DNA of 29,091 nucleotides from Dehalococcoidia bacterium (GTDB lineage Bacteria; Chloroflexota; Dehalococcoidia; Lucifugimonadales; UBA3495). Below the pieces are notes generated by a model, which saw only the letters and a program-made list of their open reading frames with translations, made no database searches and was not told where the DNA came from. Location: positions 1-29,091 of the forward strand of contig JASLXV010000065.1 in NCBI GenBank assembly GCA_030740155.1, written 5' to 3'. A program made the translations under genes and the position numbers. Shown here one piece after another: positions 28,604 to 29,091 of the stretch (positions are counted from its first letter, which is position 1; the number at the start of each line of letters is the position of its first letter).

Positions 28604-28902
28604 AAACTCGGGTCACTGCCATACCACCGGAGGGCCAGGTCTTTCCACTCGGGGTTCACCGATTCGGCCAGTGCCACTTTCTTATTCCTCCGCCAACCCT
28701 TGAGTTCTTTCTCCCGGATGACGGCGCTACCAACATCAGAGGTCGGCTCGTGGTAGACCAGCTTGGAAACGCTGTATTTGCTAGTGAAGCCGCCTGTCAG
28801 TCCTTGTTTATGCTCGAACACCTGGCGCTCAAGGTCGTTGTTCACCCCGATGTAAAGGGTCCGGGCCGGGTTGGCCATTATGGAAACGTAGTATTGGCGC
28901 AC
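28600..28902 (-). CDS. Small stand-alone GIY-YIG nuclease family protein (100 aa)
   Basis: YYVSIM..TLYIGV..DLER..EHK..GFTSKY..KLVY.E..REKELKGWRRNKK..NPEWKDL; GTG start at 28902 behind GAGG. Confidence 0.9.
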   Translation of the reverse strand: MRQYYVSIMANPARTLYIGVNNDLERQVFEHKQGLTGGFTSKYSVSKLVYHEPTSDVGSAVIREKELKGWRRNKKVALAESVNPEWKDLALRWYGSDPSF

Positions 28903-28926
28903 CGGACATTGCCTCTGTAAGACCCG

Positions 28927-29008
28927 AGGTTCCTCGTCGCTGCGCTCCTCGGAATGACAGGGGGGACGCCCCTCGCAATGACAGGGCGGCTTTGCCCCTC
29001 GCAATGAC
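28927..29008 (-). repeat. REP-like unit B plus two iterated partial ends
   Basis: AGGTTCCTCGTCGCTGCGCTCCTCGGAATGACAG (28927-28960); GCCCCTCGCAATGAC at 28968-28982 and 28994-29008. Confidence 0.85.
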
Positions 29009-29051
29009 GCTGGGGGTGTGTTGCATTTTTCAGAATTGCAGCCAAGTGCCA

Positions 29052-29089
29052 CCTCACAATGTCACCCCGAGTGAAGCGAGGGGTCTCAG
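29052..29089 (+). repeat. REP-like unit A, second identical copy at the window edge
   Basis: 38/38 identity to 28566-28603. Confidence 0.9.
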
Positions 29090-29091
29090 GG

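Noticed and set aside
28903..29052. N-terminal extension of the 150-aa GIY-YIG ORF (PPCHCEG/PPCHSEERSDEE)
   Set aside because: It is simply the translation of the DNA repeats; a GTG with an RBS at 28902 gives a family-typical length.
28927..29089. Possible CRISPR array
   Set aside because: Repeats are 12-15 bp with about 11-bp spacers or in mixed orientation, and there are no cas genes; REP-like units explain them better.

Overview
High-GC bacterial chromosomal segment. Its gene content and repeat types resemble Chloroflexota/Dehalococcoidia (SAR202-like); this taxonomy is inference only. The left edge holds an AT-richer stretch with a degenerate HTH fragment abutting the 3' end of tRNA-Ala(GGC). 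The rest is a dense catabolic region: two beta-propeller enzymes, an AlkD-like protein, two amidases (one behind a 62-aa partner ORF), a HAD protein, a thiolase-like + DUF35 pair, three family-III CoA-transferases, an aldehyde:ferredoxin oxidoreductase, an SDR, a DUF4242-like protein, six acyl-CoA dehydrogenase paralogues interrupted by a PHP gene, and a MerA-like flavoprotein. The most notable non-metabolic signal is a small GIY-YIG nuclease gene at the right edge, bracketed by short hairpin repeats. The same repeats recur without the gene elsewhere in the window. One pair sits inside a 144-bp MITE with terminal inverted repeats and a 9-bp target duplication. Across copies the 4-bp stem covaries around a conserved GAG...CGA core, suggesting a REP-like element whose cognate enzyme is a GIY-YIG nuclease.
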